From an uncultured Spirochaetaceae bacterium (GTDB lineage: Bacteria > Spirochaetota > Spirochaetia > SZUA-6 > DRHE01): a DNA stretch of 55,929 bases. Below are positions 41,356 to 50,241 of this stretch, in pieces; position 1 is the stretch's first letter, and each line of letters starts with the position of its first letter. The translations under genes were made by a program, and so were the position numbers. A model generated the notes under the pieces. That model saw only the letters and a list, made by a program, of their open reading frames with translations, was not told the DNA's origin and did not search any database. The stretch lies in NCBI GenBank assembly GCA_964520025.1, contig CAZFMD010000001.1:1-55929 (forward strand). The letters run 5' to 3'.

Positions 41356-43899
41356 CTACACTTTTCTCCCCAGGGCTCGCAGGCCGTTGAAGATAACCAG
41401 GAGACTCGCCCCCATGTCGGCCAGGACCGCCATCCACAGGGTGGTCAACCCGAGGGGCGTCAGGGCAATAAACACGGCCTTGAGGAGAATCGAAAAGGCG
41501 ATATTCTGCTTGACCAGCCGGAGCGCCCGCCTGCCCAGCCGAACGGCCAGGGGCAGTTTGCTCAGGTCGTCGGACATCAGGGCCACGTCCGCCGTTTCCA
41601 GGGCCGCGTCGGTTCCGGCAACCCCCATGGCGATGCCCACCGTGGCGGTTGCCAGAGCCGGGGCATCGTTGATCCCGTCCCCGACCATGGCCGCGGCGCC
41701 GTAGACGTCCACCAGCTCCCGTACAGCCGCCACCTTGTCCTCCGGCAACAGTTCCGCCCGGAACGAATCCATGCCGATGCTCTTGGAGATAGCCCCGGCG
41801 GTGGATCGGTTGTCCCCGGTGAGCATCAGGGTTTGTTTCACGCCGAGCTGTTTCAAACCATTCAGCGCGGCCGCTGATTCCCGCCGGGGTTGGTCGGCAA
41901 CGGCGATAATTCCCAGAATGGTACGACCGTCCCCGAGAATCACCGCGGTGTTTCCCCTCTTTTCCAGGGCGTCCAAACGCTCGTCCAGCTCGGGATAACA
42001 CCAGCCCATCTCCTCGAACAGGCGGTGATTGCCGATGTAGTAGCGGCTCCCCTCTACGGTGGCCGCCGCTCCTCTTCCCGGCATACTGAGAAACTCGGCG
42101 GCTTCCGGCGCTGCGATCCCCCGGCTGCGGGCCTCCGCCAGTACGGCTGCGGCCAGATGATGCTCGGAGCGGGATTCGATTCCCGATGCCAGGCGGAGAA
42201 CCGTCTGTTCATCCACGCCGTTCAGAGCCACGACCTCACTGACGGCGAGCTTTCCGTAGGTGAGGGTTCCGGTCTTGTCGAAGGCAAAGGCCTTCACCGC
42301 CCCGATTGCCTCCAAGAAAATCCCCCCTTTGAACAGGATCCCGTCCCGGGTCGCCCGGGCCAGGGCGCTGACGATGGTCACCGGCGTGGAGATGACCAGA
42401 GCACAGGGACAGGCCACCACCAGCAGCACCAGAGCTCGGTAGAACCACACGCCCCAGGCCGCACCGGTTATCAGCGGCGGACCCACGGCCACCAGGGCGG
42501 CGATGAGCACGATCGCCGGGGTGTAATAGCGGGCAAAGCGATCCACGAAGCTCTGGGAAGGGGCTTTGCGGGAATGGGCCTCCTCCACGCTGTGGATGAT
42601 CCGGGAGAGGGTGGTGTCCCGCACGAGTTTGCTCACTTGGATCTCCAGATAGCCGCCGCGATTGATCGTGCCCCCGAAGACCTCATCTCCCCCGGCTTTG
42701 GACACCGGGAGGGATTCCCCGGTTATCGGGGACTGGTCGACTTCGGATGAACCTTCGATTACCGTGCCATCCAGAGGCACCCGTTCCCCGGGCCGTACGG
42801 CCAGGATATCCCCGATGCGAACTTCCTCGACCGGTACGCTGCGCTGCCCTGCTCCGTCCCGTACCCGAGCCACATTGGGGGTAAGCTCCATCAGGCTCTT
42901 GATCGAACGGCGGGCCCGATTCATGCTCCATGATTCCAGCAGATTGGCCAGAGCGAAGAGGAAGATCACGCTGGCTCCTTCCAGCCACTCACCGATAGCC
43001 GCAGCACCGATCACCGCCAGGGTCATGAGAACGTTGATGTCCAGGGTCCTGGTGCGCAGAGCGTGGAATCCCTTACGGGCAACCATCCATCCGCCGCTCA
43101 CAATCGCAGCCCCGTACAGGGAGATCGATATCCACGGCTCCACGGCGGCCAGGGAGACGAAAAATCCCGCTGCCGTCAGCAGGCCCGAGACGATCGTCAG
43201 GATCAGACGTTTACGGGCAGCCCAGAGTCCCCGGACCGGTTCCTGCTCCACCTTCTCCCTCTGCGGGGTCATCTGGATCTCCCGCAGGGCCTCTTCGATG
43301 CGGGCAGGAGAAATTTCGTGAGCGACTGTGAGCTTCTGGGAGACGAGGTTGAACTCCAGATCGAGCACCCCCTCCAGGGCGCCCAATTTCTTGCGGATCA
43401 GGGATATCTCCTCGTCGCAGTCCATCTCGGGGATGTAGAAAACATCCGTGTGACGGTGATCCGTTGTCGGCCTGGAAGCGGCGTATCCCAGATGGCCGAT
43501 TTCCCTGCCGATCTGCGCCGCATCGATACGCCCCGGATCGTACTCCACCTCCATCTGGCTCGCCGGAAAATTGACGGCGACCCAGAGAACTCCCTCTTTT
43601 CGAGACAGCATCCTCTCGATGGTGTTGGCGCAGTCTGCGCAGTCCAGTCCTTCCAGGTTCAAGATGTCATGGGCAAAGCTTCTATCCAACTGGACACCCA
43701 GCTCACGCACCTGCTTCTCGACAGCAGCGGCGCTGGTCAGGTCGGAATCGAAGCGCAGGTGTAGAGTGCGATCCTGCTCGGAGAGCTCAACCGAATCCAC
43801 CCCTTTGAGCCGAGACGACATCTCCTGCAAGCGTTGGCGGCAGTGGGCACAGTCCTCGTTCTTGGGGATGACAATCGGCACGTCGAGGGTAAGCTGCAT
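41356..43899 (-). CDS. Heavy-metal P1B-type ATPase, Zn/Cd/Pb-like subtype
   Basis: 847 aa with TGES, CPC (VVACPCALVISTP), DKTGTLT and GDGINDAP. The TM7 Lys and TM8 ADMGAS pattern is what I recall for the P1B-2 subtype. There are three N-terminal HMA-like domains (CAHC, CADC, and a degenerate MDCDEE). Confidence 0.95.
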   Translation of the reverse strand: MQLTLDVPIVIPKNEDCAHCRQRLQEMSSRLKGVDSVELSEQDRTLHLRFDSDLTSAAAVEKQVRELGVQLDRSFAHDILNLEGLDCADCANTIERMLSRKEGVLWVAVNFPASQMEVEYDPGRIDAAQIGREIGHLGYAASRPTTDHRHTDVFYIPEMDCDEEISLIRKKLGALEGVLDLEFNLVSQKLTVAHEISPARIEEALREIQMTPQREKVEQEPVRGLWAARKRLILTIVSGLLTAAGFFVSLAAVEPWISISLYGAAIVSGGWMVARKGFHALRTRTLDINVLMTLAVIGAAAIGEWLEGASVIFLFALANLLESWSMNRARRSIKSLMELTPNVARVRDGAGQRSVPVEEVRIGDILAVRPGERVPLDGTVIEGSSEVDQSPITGESLPVSKAGGDEVFGGTINRGGYLEIQVSKLVRDTTLSRIIHSVEEAHSRKAPSQSFVDRFARYYTPAIVLIAALVAVGPPLITGAAWGVWFYRALVLLVVACPCALVISTPVTIVSALARATRDGILFKGGIFLEAIGAVKAFAFDKTGTLTYGKLAVSEVVALNGVDEQTVLRLASGIESRSEHHLAAAVLAEARSRGIAAPEAAEFLSMPGRGAAATVEGSRYYIGNHRLFEEMGWCYPELDERLDALEKRGNTAVILGDGRTILGIIAVADQPRRESAAALNGLKQLGVKQTLMLTGDNRSTAGAISKSIGMDSFRAELLPEDKVAAVRELVDVYGAAAMVGDGINDAPALATATVGIAMGVAGTDAALETADVALMSDDLSKLPLAVRLGRRALRLVKQNIAFSILLKAVFIALTPLGLTTLWMAVLADMGASLLVIFNGLRALGRKV

Positions 43900-43906
43900 G
43901 ATCGGA

Positions 43907-43935
43907 ATTTACTCATTCATGACTGAATCCGTCAA
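43907..43935 (-). promoter_or_regulatory. Candidate ATPase promoter (TTGACG-17-GTAAAT) with the dyad ATTCA-N4-TGAAT inside the spacer
   Basis: The reverse complement reads TTGACG gATTCAgtcaTGAATga GTAAAT tccgatc ATG. The dyad is at 43915-43928, and the -10 ends 7 nt before the ATG with no SD. Confidence 0.45.
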
Positions 43936-43981
43936 ATACAGACAGCTGCCAACCTCCATGGGACACGCACCCGACAACCCT

Positions 43982-44010
43982 TTGCCACTGCAACCGCCGT
44001 GGTGTAGACT
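43982..44010 (+). promoter_or_regulatory. Candidate promoter (TTGCCA-17-TAGACT); the -10 ends 9 nt before ATG 44020
   Basis: TTGCCA ctgcaaccgccgtggtg TAGACT tgttccact ATG, with no SD. Confidence 0.4.
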
Positions 44011-44019
44011 TGTTCCACT

Positions 44020-44985
44020 ATGAACCGAAATCAAACACCGGAGGCACCGGATCTTCAAGCCATTCGGGCTGCCGCCGAACGCATCCGTCCATACGCTCAC
44101 CGCACCCCGGTCCTGACCTGCTCCAGTCTCGACTCCATGGCCGAAGCCGAGCTGTTCTTCAAGTGCGAGAACCTGCAGAAAGTCGGGGCCTTCAAGTTCC
44201 GGGGCGCTGCCAACACGGTGTTCTCCCTTTCCGACCAGGAGGCCTCCAGGGGAGTGGCCACCCATTCCTCGGGAAACCACGCCCAAGCCCTGGCTCTGGC
44301 CGCACGCCTGCGGGGCATCCCCGCCCACATCGTGATGCCGGAGAACTCCCCGCAGGTCAAAGTAGCGGCGGTGAGGGGCTACGGCGCGCGTATCGTGTTC
44401 TGCCCGCCCACCCAAGCGGACAGAGAACGAACCCTGGAACAGGTGGTGGCCGAGACCGGGGCAACCTTCATCCACCCGTACAACAACCCGGGGATCATCG
44501 CCGGTCAGGGCACCTGCGCTCTGGAGCTCCTGGAGCAGGTTGCCGATCTGGATGTTGTCATGGCCCCGGTGGGCGGCGGCGGCCTGCTGAGCGGAACAGC
44601 CCTATCCTGCGCCTACCTGCGGCCCGAGGTGCGGGTTATCGCCGGAGAGCCAAAGGGCGCCGACGATGCCTTCCGCTCCGTACGGGACGGACGCATCTAC
44701 CCTTCCGAGAACCCCCAAACCGTGGCCGACGGGCTGCGCACCTCCCTGGGAACCCTGACCTTTCCCATCATCCGCCGCTACGTGCAGCGGATCGTGACCG
44801 TGGAGGAGCAATCGATCGTGGCGGCCATGCGCCATATCTGGGAACGGATGAAGATCCTGATCGAGCCGTCGGCGGCCGTGCCCTTTGCCGCCATACTGGA
44901 AGGAGGGATCGAAGCACGGGGCAAACGCATCGGCATCATCCTGTCCGGCGGCAACCTGGACCTGGACACCCTTCCCTGGCTGTAA
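44020..44985 (+). CDS. PLP-dependent serine/threonine dehydratase or serine-racemase-like enzyme
   Basis: Contains FKCENLQKVGAFKFRGA (PLP Lys), HSSGNHAQA and GGGGLLSG. Confidence 0.85.
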   Translation: MNRNQTPEAPDLQAIRAAAERIRPYAHRTPVLTCSSLDSMAEAELFFKCENLQKVGAFKFRGAANTVFSLSDQEASRGVATHSSGNHAQALALAARLRGIPAHIVMPENSPQVKVAAVRGYGARIVFCPPTQADRERTLEQVVAETGATFIHPYNNPGIIAGQGTCALELLEQVADLDVVMAPVGGGGLLSGTALSCAYLRPEVRVIAGEPKGADDAFRSVRDGRIYPSENPQTVADGLRTSLGTLTFPIIRRYVQRIVTVEEQSIVAAMRHIWERMKILIEPSAAVPFAAILEGGIEARGKRIGIILSGGNLDLDTLPWL

Positions 44986-45063
44986 AACTTGACGGGCCCC
45001 GCCCATTCCCGTATTGTCGTGTTGATTCGATACAGCGTATGCAAAAATCCAAGGAGGATTCGA

Positions 45064-46302
45064 TTGGTGGATAACAAAAAAAGCCCGAAGGAACGCATAG
45101 AGGGTTTTCGCAAGCAGGGGCTGTCCCTGGATATGACCCGGGGGAAACCCGGCCCGGAGCAGCTGGAACTCTGCAATGGGATGCTCACAATCGTGGATGA
45201 GAACAACTACCGCACCCCCTCGGGATTGGATGTCCGCAACTACGGGGGCCTGGACGGTTTCCCGGAAGCCAAGCAGCTGTTTGCCGAGTACCTCGAGGTG
45301 AGCCCGGAGGAGGTGATCATCGGGGGCAACGCCAGCCTCAATCTGATGTACGACAGCGTGGCCCAGTGCGTGACCCACGGAACCTCCAACGGGGGCAAAC
45401 CCTGGTTCGGCCAGAACACGAAGTTCCTCTGCCCGGTTCCCGGCTACGACAGACATTTCACCGTGTGCGAGCACTTCGGAATCCGGATGATCCCGGTCGC
45501 TCTCACCGAAAGCGGCCCGGATATGGATGAGGTGGAGGATCGAGTTCGGCGGGACGCGAGCATCAAGGGAATGTGGTGCGTTCCCAAGTACAGCAATCCT
45601 TCGGGAGTCGTCTACTCAGACGATACGGTTGAACGCCTGGCCTCCATGAACACCGCGGCGCCGGATTTCCGGATCCTCTGGGACAATGCCTACACTGTTC
45701 ATCATCTGGGCGCAGGCCCGGCTGCCCTGAAGAACGTCCTGGAGGCCTGCACCCGCTCCGGCAATCCGGATCGGGTGCTGATCTTCGGCTCCACCTCCAA
45801 GGTGTCCTTGCCCGGAGCGGGACTGGCCCTGGCAGCCGGCAGCAGGGAGAACATGGATTGGCTGCGCAGCAGGCTGACCGCCCAGACAATCGGACCGGAC
45901 AAGATAAATATACTCCGCCACGTGCTATATTTTAAGGATATGCAGGGCATCCTGAATCACATGGACAAGCACGCCCGCATCATCGCTCCGAGGTTCCGGG
46001 CCGTCCAGGAGATCCTGCAGCGGGAGCTGGGCGACACGGGGATGGCCGCCTGGACGCAGCCCAAAGGGGGTTACTTCGTGAGCCTGGATACCAAACCGGG
46101 CTGCGCAAAAGCCGTGGTCTCCCTGGCCGGAGAACTGGGGGTGAAGTTCACACGAGCGGGATCCACCTGGCCGTACGGGAAGGATCCCCGGGACAGCAAC
46201 ATCCGCATCGCCCCTACCCTGCCCGCTCTGGAGCAGATTCGCAGCGCCGTGGAAGTGCTGGCGGTCTGCATCCAATACGTCGGCTCGAAAGGCGCTGCAT
46301 GA
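45064..46302 (+). CDS. Class I/II aminotransferase (putative aspartate-aminotransferase-like family)
   Basis: Contains LSLDMTRGKPGPEQLEL, GGNASLNLMYD and FGSTSKVSLPGAG. AAGGAGG at 45051-45057 supports a TTG 45064 or GTG 45067 start rather than ORF-track 44989. Confidence 0.75.
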   Translation: MVDNKKSPKERIEGFRKQGLSLDMTRGKPGPEQLELCNGMLTIVDENNYRTPSGLDVRNYGGLDGFPEAKQLFAEYLEVSPEEVIIGGNASLNLMYDSVAQCVTHGTSNGGKPWFGQNTKFLCPVPGYDRHFTVCEHFGIRMIPVALTESGPDMDEVEDRVRRDASIKGMWCVPKYSNPSGVVYSDDTVERLASMNTAAPDFRILWDNAYTVHHLGAGPAALKNVLEACTRSGNPDRVLIFGSTSKVSLPGAGLALAAGSRENMDWLRSRLTAQTIGPDKINILRHVLYFKDMQGILNHMDKHARIIAPRFRAVQEILQRELGDTGMAAWTQPKGGYFVSLDTKPGCAKAVVSLAGELGVKFTRAGSTWPYGKDPRDSNIRIAPTLPALEQIRSAVEVLAVCIQYVGSKGAA

Positions 46303-49300
46303 GGAATACGCCCCGGTTCCTGAGTCCCCGGGCCCTGCCGGCCCTGATCGTCCTCGGGATCCTCGGCGTGCTGTTTGCCCCGGGCGTGGACGCCCAGAAC
46401 ACCTCGGTCCAGAGCATCTCGATTCTCAAGCCGCAGGTTTATCCCGACTCCCCGGAGAACAGAGCCCTGATCGGCAGGGTGATCCAGTGGTCGGTGACCC
46501 GCAGCAATGATCTGTACGCACAGCACATCACCGTGGACTACAATCAGAGAGGTGATCGGGCCGACTACTCCGTAACGGTGATGGCCAGTTTTTCCGGAGA
46601 GGACAGCGTGATAAGCACCCGGATGATCCGCAACCGGGACGGGAACGAAGCAGAATCCGTGCCGGTTCTCGGACCGGTCACAGCGGCAAGCGCGATTCAC
46701 CTGGCCAATTCGATTTTCTACCAGTGGAGCTCCTTCCACGACTACCTGCGCGGCCAGCTCGAGGCGCCTCCGGTGTACGTGGAGGAGATCCCTCTGGATC
46801 TGATCTCCCAATCCCTCTTCGGTATGCCAGCCATGCTGGCCCCCTGGTCCGCGGCGCTCAAAGGGGATTCCCACATCCTGGTCGGCACCTCCACGGTCTG
46901 CCTGGAGATGGACAGAACCTTCCGGGTCATCGACCAGCCGGGCAGAGAACTGTACGACAACGGGGAGCCCGGCTACGCCAACGTGGTTGCCGTGACCCCC
47001 GCCGGCACGATCTTCTTCAAGAACCTGAGCAGCGGCAAGGTCATCAAGTGGTTCGGCAGCGGGTTGAAGCCCCAGAGCTGGAAGATCGGAAACGAGTACA
47101 TGGGTTCTTTCGTCGCCCTGGCGGACGGAAGCGCCCTGGCGGCCCACGCCGGGCAGCAGCAGACCCTGCAGCTGAAGAACAGGCGGCCCGCCAAGGTGGA
47201 TTTCCTGACCCAGCCGAATCTGTACTACAGCGCCCTGGCAAGCGGACCGGAGGGCAATATCTGGATCTATTCGGTTGCCGAGCGCAGGGTGCGGATCTAC
47301 ACCACCGAGGGTCAGCTGGTGGATTCGGTCATCCCCCTGGATCCGGACAAGCCGGTTCCCACCCAGATGACCGTGTATCCGGACGGCAGTTTCATCTTCT
47401 TCGCCCAGGGATGGCTGTACCGCTTCCGCCGCAACGGCGTTCCCCTGTGGCGCACCAACCAGCTGCTGGGGCCCGATGAGTTTGCCAACCTCACCCACGC
47501 CTGGGCCGCTCCGGATCCGAAAACCGGGCTGATCTACCTGACCGATGTGCAGGGCCGAAGGATCATCAAGCTGCTGGACAGGGCTTACGGCGAGCGGTTG
47601 GGAATACGCAACCCGAGTGAAGAACAGCTGATTCGCTCTAACCAGCGCCTGTTCCGCGATCCCGATGATGTGTCTGCGCTCAAAGCCAAGGCCGAGCTGT
47701 ACGAGCGCAGCGGATCCATGGAGATGGCCCGTTCCATGTGGGAGAAGATCCTGGAAATCGAGCCTTCCTCCTCGGAGGCTCGAAACCGACTCGAGCACAT
47801 CGAGCTGGCTGGGCTGCTGGCCAGGGCCTCTGAAATGGAACAGCGGACCCGTGCGACCCTCGAAACCCTGGGACCCGAGTCGGCCCGGGTAGCCTACACC
47901 CAGACCATGCAGCTGTACGAACAGATCCTGAAGCTGGATCCGGGCAACCGGGAGATCCAGGCCAAACGGCGGGAGTTGAAGCTGATCTTCGACGAGAGCC
48001 AGAGACGCATCACCATCACCGCCGCCGAGATCGAGGATCTGTTTCCCTCTCTGATGCAACAGTACAGGACCCGGCCCGTGGGAACGGTAACGGTTCACAA
48101 CATCCTGGATGAGGAAGTCCGGGAGCTGACCGCCAGTGTGTTCATCGAGGGGTACATGGACTTCCCAACCGAATCCGCTCCCCTGCCGAGATTGAAGTCC
48201 AGGGGGAGGGTGAAGCTGGATCTCAGTGTGCTGTTCAACACCTCGGTGTTCGATCTTCAGGAGGATCTTCCCGTGCAGGCGAGGATCGAGGTCAGCTACC
48301 GGAGCTCCAGAGGCCAGGAGAAGATCTCCAAGGTCGAATCCCTGATGCTGTACAGAAAGACAGCCCTGGTGTGGGATGACTCGGCCAAGCTGGCCGCCTT
48401 CATCATGCCCAACGAGGAGATCGTCAGCACCTTCGCCCACCGGGTTTCCGATATCGGCGAGGTGGCCGAACGCTACCGTCTGTCCAACCGCCTGTTTCGG
48501 GGCATTCGTGTGTGCGACGCCCTCGGCAGTTACGGGATCACCTACATCGAGGACCCGGATTCCCCGATCTCCCGGGTGCTGGGCAAAGCCGCGGTGGTGG
48601 ACACGGTGCGCTTTCCCCGCACCACCCTTCTGATCCGCTCCGGCGACTGCGATGACACCTCGGCTCTGCTCGGTTCCCTTCTGGAGTCGGTGGGCATCGG
48701 CACGGCCGTCATGACCTCTCCCGGTCACGTGTTCCTGGCATTCGACACCGGGGAACCCAAGGAGAATCGCTGGCTGTTCAGCCACGGGAACCTGCAGGCT
48801 CTTGTTCACCAGGGCACGATCTGGCTTCCCGTGGAAACCACGTTGTTGGAGGAGGGATTTTTCTCGGCCTGGAGGAGCGCCTCGGAGCAGGTGAGCAAAC
48901 ATCGAGGACGGATCGAGTTTCTTCCGGTTCGGGAACAGCGGGATCGCTATCCTCCCCTGCCCCTGCCGGCCACCGACCTGGGCGTGTTCGAGCCCCCGGA
49001 TCGGGAGGTCAGCGCGGTGTTCAACCGCTCTGTAGAGGCGGTGGAGGACACCCTCTACGGTGAGAGCCTCGATCTGCTGGAAGACAGGTTGAGGAGCCAG
49101 AGGGGCCTCGCGGCGGCCAGGGTTCGCAACCAGATCGGCGTGCTCCACGCCCGTTTCGGCAAGGACCGGGAAGCCGAGGCTGCGCTGTCCCGCTGCCTGG
49201 CCGAAGAACCGGGCCTCACCGCAGCCTATCTCAACCTGGCCAACCTGAAGCTGCTGCGGGGGGAGTTGGAGCAGGCCGCGGAGGTGGCCCGGGCCGGCCT

Positions 49301-49517
49301 GGAGCGGGATCCGGATTCGGCTCTGCTCAACGTGTTCCTGGCTCTGTACCACAACCGCAAGGGGGAGCCGGCCAGAGCCTCCTCATATCTGGACACAGTC
49401 CGCAGTTCCTCTCCTGAGCTTGCCCGACGCTACAGCTATCTGGCCGATTCCTCGTCCGCGCAGGCGCGGGCAGGTCAGCGGGAAGATCCATCCCTGATCT
49501 GGGATTCCGGCGAGTAG
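46299..49517 (+). CDS. Large secreted protein with NHL/beta-propeller-like repeats, TPR blocks and a transglutaminase-like Cys-His core
   Basis: 1072 aa with an ATGA overlap onto the aminotransferase gene. Signal peptide is LIVLGILGVLFAPGVDAQ. NHL-like units include GNIWIYSVAERRVRIYTTEG and GLIYLTDVQGRRIIKL. There are TPR-like helices. The candidate core is IRSGDCDDTSALLGSLLESVGIG...SPGHVFLAFD. Confidence 0.75.
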   Translation: MRNTPRFLSPRALPALIVLGILGVLFAPGVDAQNTSVQSISILKPQVYPDSPENRALIGRVIQWSVTRSNDLYAQHITVDYNQRGDRADYSVTVMASFSGEDSVISTRMIRNRDGNEAESVPVLGPVTAASAIHLANSIFYQWSSFHDYLRGQLEAPPVYVEEIPLDLISQSLFGMPAMLAPWSAALKGDSHILVGTSTVCLEMDRTFRVIDQPGRELYDNGEPGYANVVAVTPAGTIFFKNLSSGKVIKWFGSGLKPQSWKIGNEYMGSFVALADGSALAAHAGQQQTLQLKNRRPAKVDFLTQPNLYYSALASGPEGNIWIYSVAERRVRIYTTEGQLVDSVIPLDPDKPVPTQMTVYPDGSFIFFAQGWLYRFRRNGVPLWRTNQLLGPDEFANLTHAWAAPDPKTGLIYLTDVQGRRIIKLLDRAYGERLGIRNPSEEQLIRSNQRLFRDPDDVSALKAKAELYERSGSMEMARSMWEKILEIEPSSSEARNRLEHIELAGLLARASEMEQRTRATLETLGPESARVAYTQTMQLYEQILKLDPGNREIQAKRRELKLIFDESQRRITITAAEIEDLFPSLMQQYRTRPVGTVTVHNILDEEVRELTASVFIEGYMDFPTESAPLPRLKSRGRVKLDLSVLFNTSVFDLQEDLPVQARIEVSYRSSRGQEKISKVESLMLYRKTALVWDDSAKLAAFIMPNEEIVSTFAHRVSDIGEVAERYRLSNRLFRGIRVCDALGSYGITYIEDPDSPISRVLGKAAVVDTVRFPRTTLLIRSGDCDDTSALLGSLLESVGIGTAVMTSPGHVFLAFDTGEPKENRWLFSHGNLQALVHQGTIWLPVETTLLEEGFFSAWRSASEQVSKHRGRIEFLPVREQRDRYPPLPLPATDLGVFEPPDREVSAVFNRSVEAVEDTLYGESLDLLEDRLRSQRGLAAARVRNQIGVLHARFGKDREAEAALSRCLAEEPGLTAAYLNLANLKLLRGELEQAAEVARAGLERDPDSALLNVFLALYHNRKGEPARASSYLDTVRSSSPELARRYSYLADSSSAQARAGQREDPSLIWDSGE

Positions 49518-49537
49518 GTCGAGACGCAAGGAGAAAG

Positions 49538-50224
49538 ATGAACAGCGCACACATAACACCGGAACTGTTCGCCTTCTTCCGGGAGCTCGAGCGAAACAAC
49601 AACAAGCAGTGGTTCCAGAGCAACAGAGAACGCTACGAACAGGAGGTTCGCCTGCCCCTGCAGCGCTTCATCATGAATTTCCAGCAACCCCTGGAGCGGA
49701 TAAGCCGTCACTTCCGGGCGGATCCTCGCCCGGTGGGGGGCTCGCTATTCCGGATCTACAGGGATGTGCGCTTCTCCCCGGACAAGAGTCCCTACAAGAC
49801 CCACGGCGGCATCCAGTTCCGCCATGAACAGGGCAAGGATGTTCACGCCCCGGGTTTTTACCTGCATCTGGAACCGGACAATGTCTTCGCCGCGGTCGGA
49901 CTATGGCGTCCCGATTCTCACGCCCTGGGGCGGATTCGCGAGACGATCGCTTCGGATCCAAGGGCCTGGTTACGAGCCAAGACCGATCCGGAGTTCAACC
50001 GACAGTACGAACTGGGCGGAGATTCTCTCAAGCGAGCCCCGCAGGGATACGATCCCGGCCATCCTCAGATCGAAGATTTAAAGCGAAAGGACTTCATCGC
50101 CCACGTTTCGCTTTCCGAACAACAGGCCTGCGCTGCGGATTTCCCGGACCGATACGCCCGGCTGTGTATCGCAGCCGCGCCGTTCATGAGATTCCTCACC
50201 GAGGCCCTGGATCTGCCCTGGTAG
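49538..50224 (+). CDS. DUF2461 (TIGR02453) family protein
   Basis: Contains FFRELERNNNKQWFQSNRERYE and FRIYRDVRFSPDKSPYKTH. Confidence 0.8.
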   Translation: MNSAHITPELFAFFRELERNNNKQWFQSNRERYEQEVRLPLQRFIMNFQQPLERISRHFRADPRPVGGSLFRIYRDVRFSPDKSPYKTHGGIQFRHEQGKDVHAPGFYLHLEPDNVFAAVGLWRPDSHALGRIRETIASDPRAWLRAKTDPEFNRQYELGGDSLKRAPQGYDPGHPQIEDLKRKDFIAHVSLSEQQACAADFPDRYARLCIAAAPFMRFLTEALDLPW

Positions 50225-50241
50225 GCAGGCCCTCCCCGCCG

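Noticed and set aside
43907-43935. MerR-type (ZntR/CadR-like) activation of the ATPase promoter
   Set aside because: The -35/-10 spacer is 17 bp, not the 19-20 bp characteristic of MerR-controlled promoters, and no merR-like gene is adjacent.
44010-45474. ORFs 44010-45074 (+, 354 aa) and 44602-45474 (-, 290 aa)
   Set aside because: They are alternative-frame or antisense ORFs over the dehydratase and aminotransferase genes. Their products are Pro/Arg/Gly-rich and lack motifs.
46071-49352. 1093-aa ORF on the minus strand, the longest in the window
   Set aside because: It lies fully antisense to the 1072-aa plus-strand gene. Its translation is dominated by G/R/L/H/Q/P with no recognisable domains, while the plus-strand product has a signal peptide, NHL/TPR repeats and a catalytic-type core. 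It is a typical GC-rich shadow ORF.
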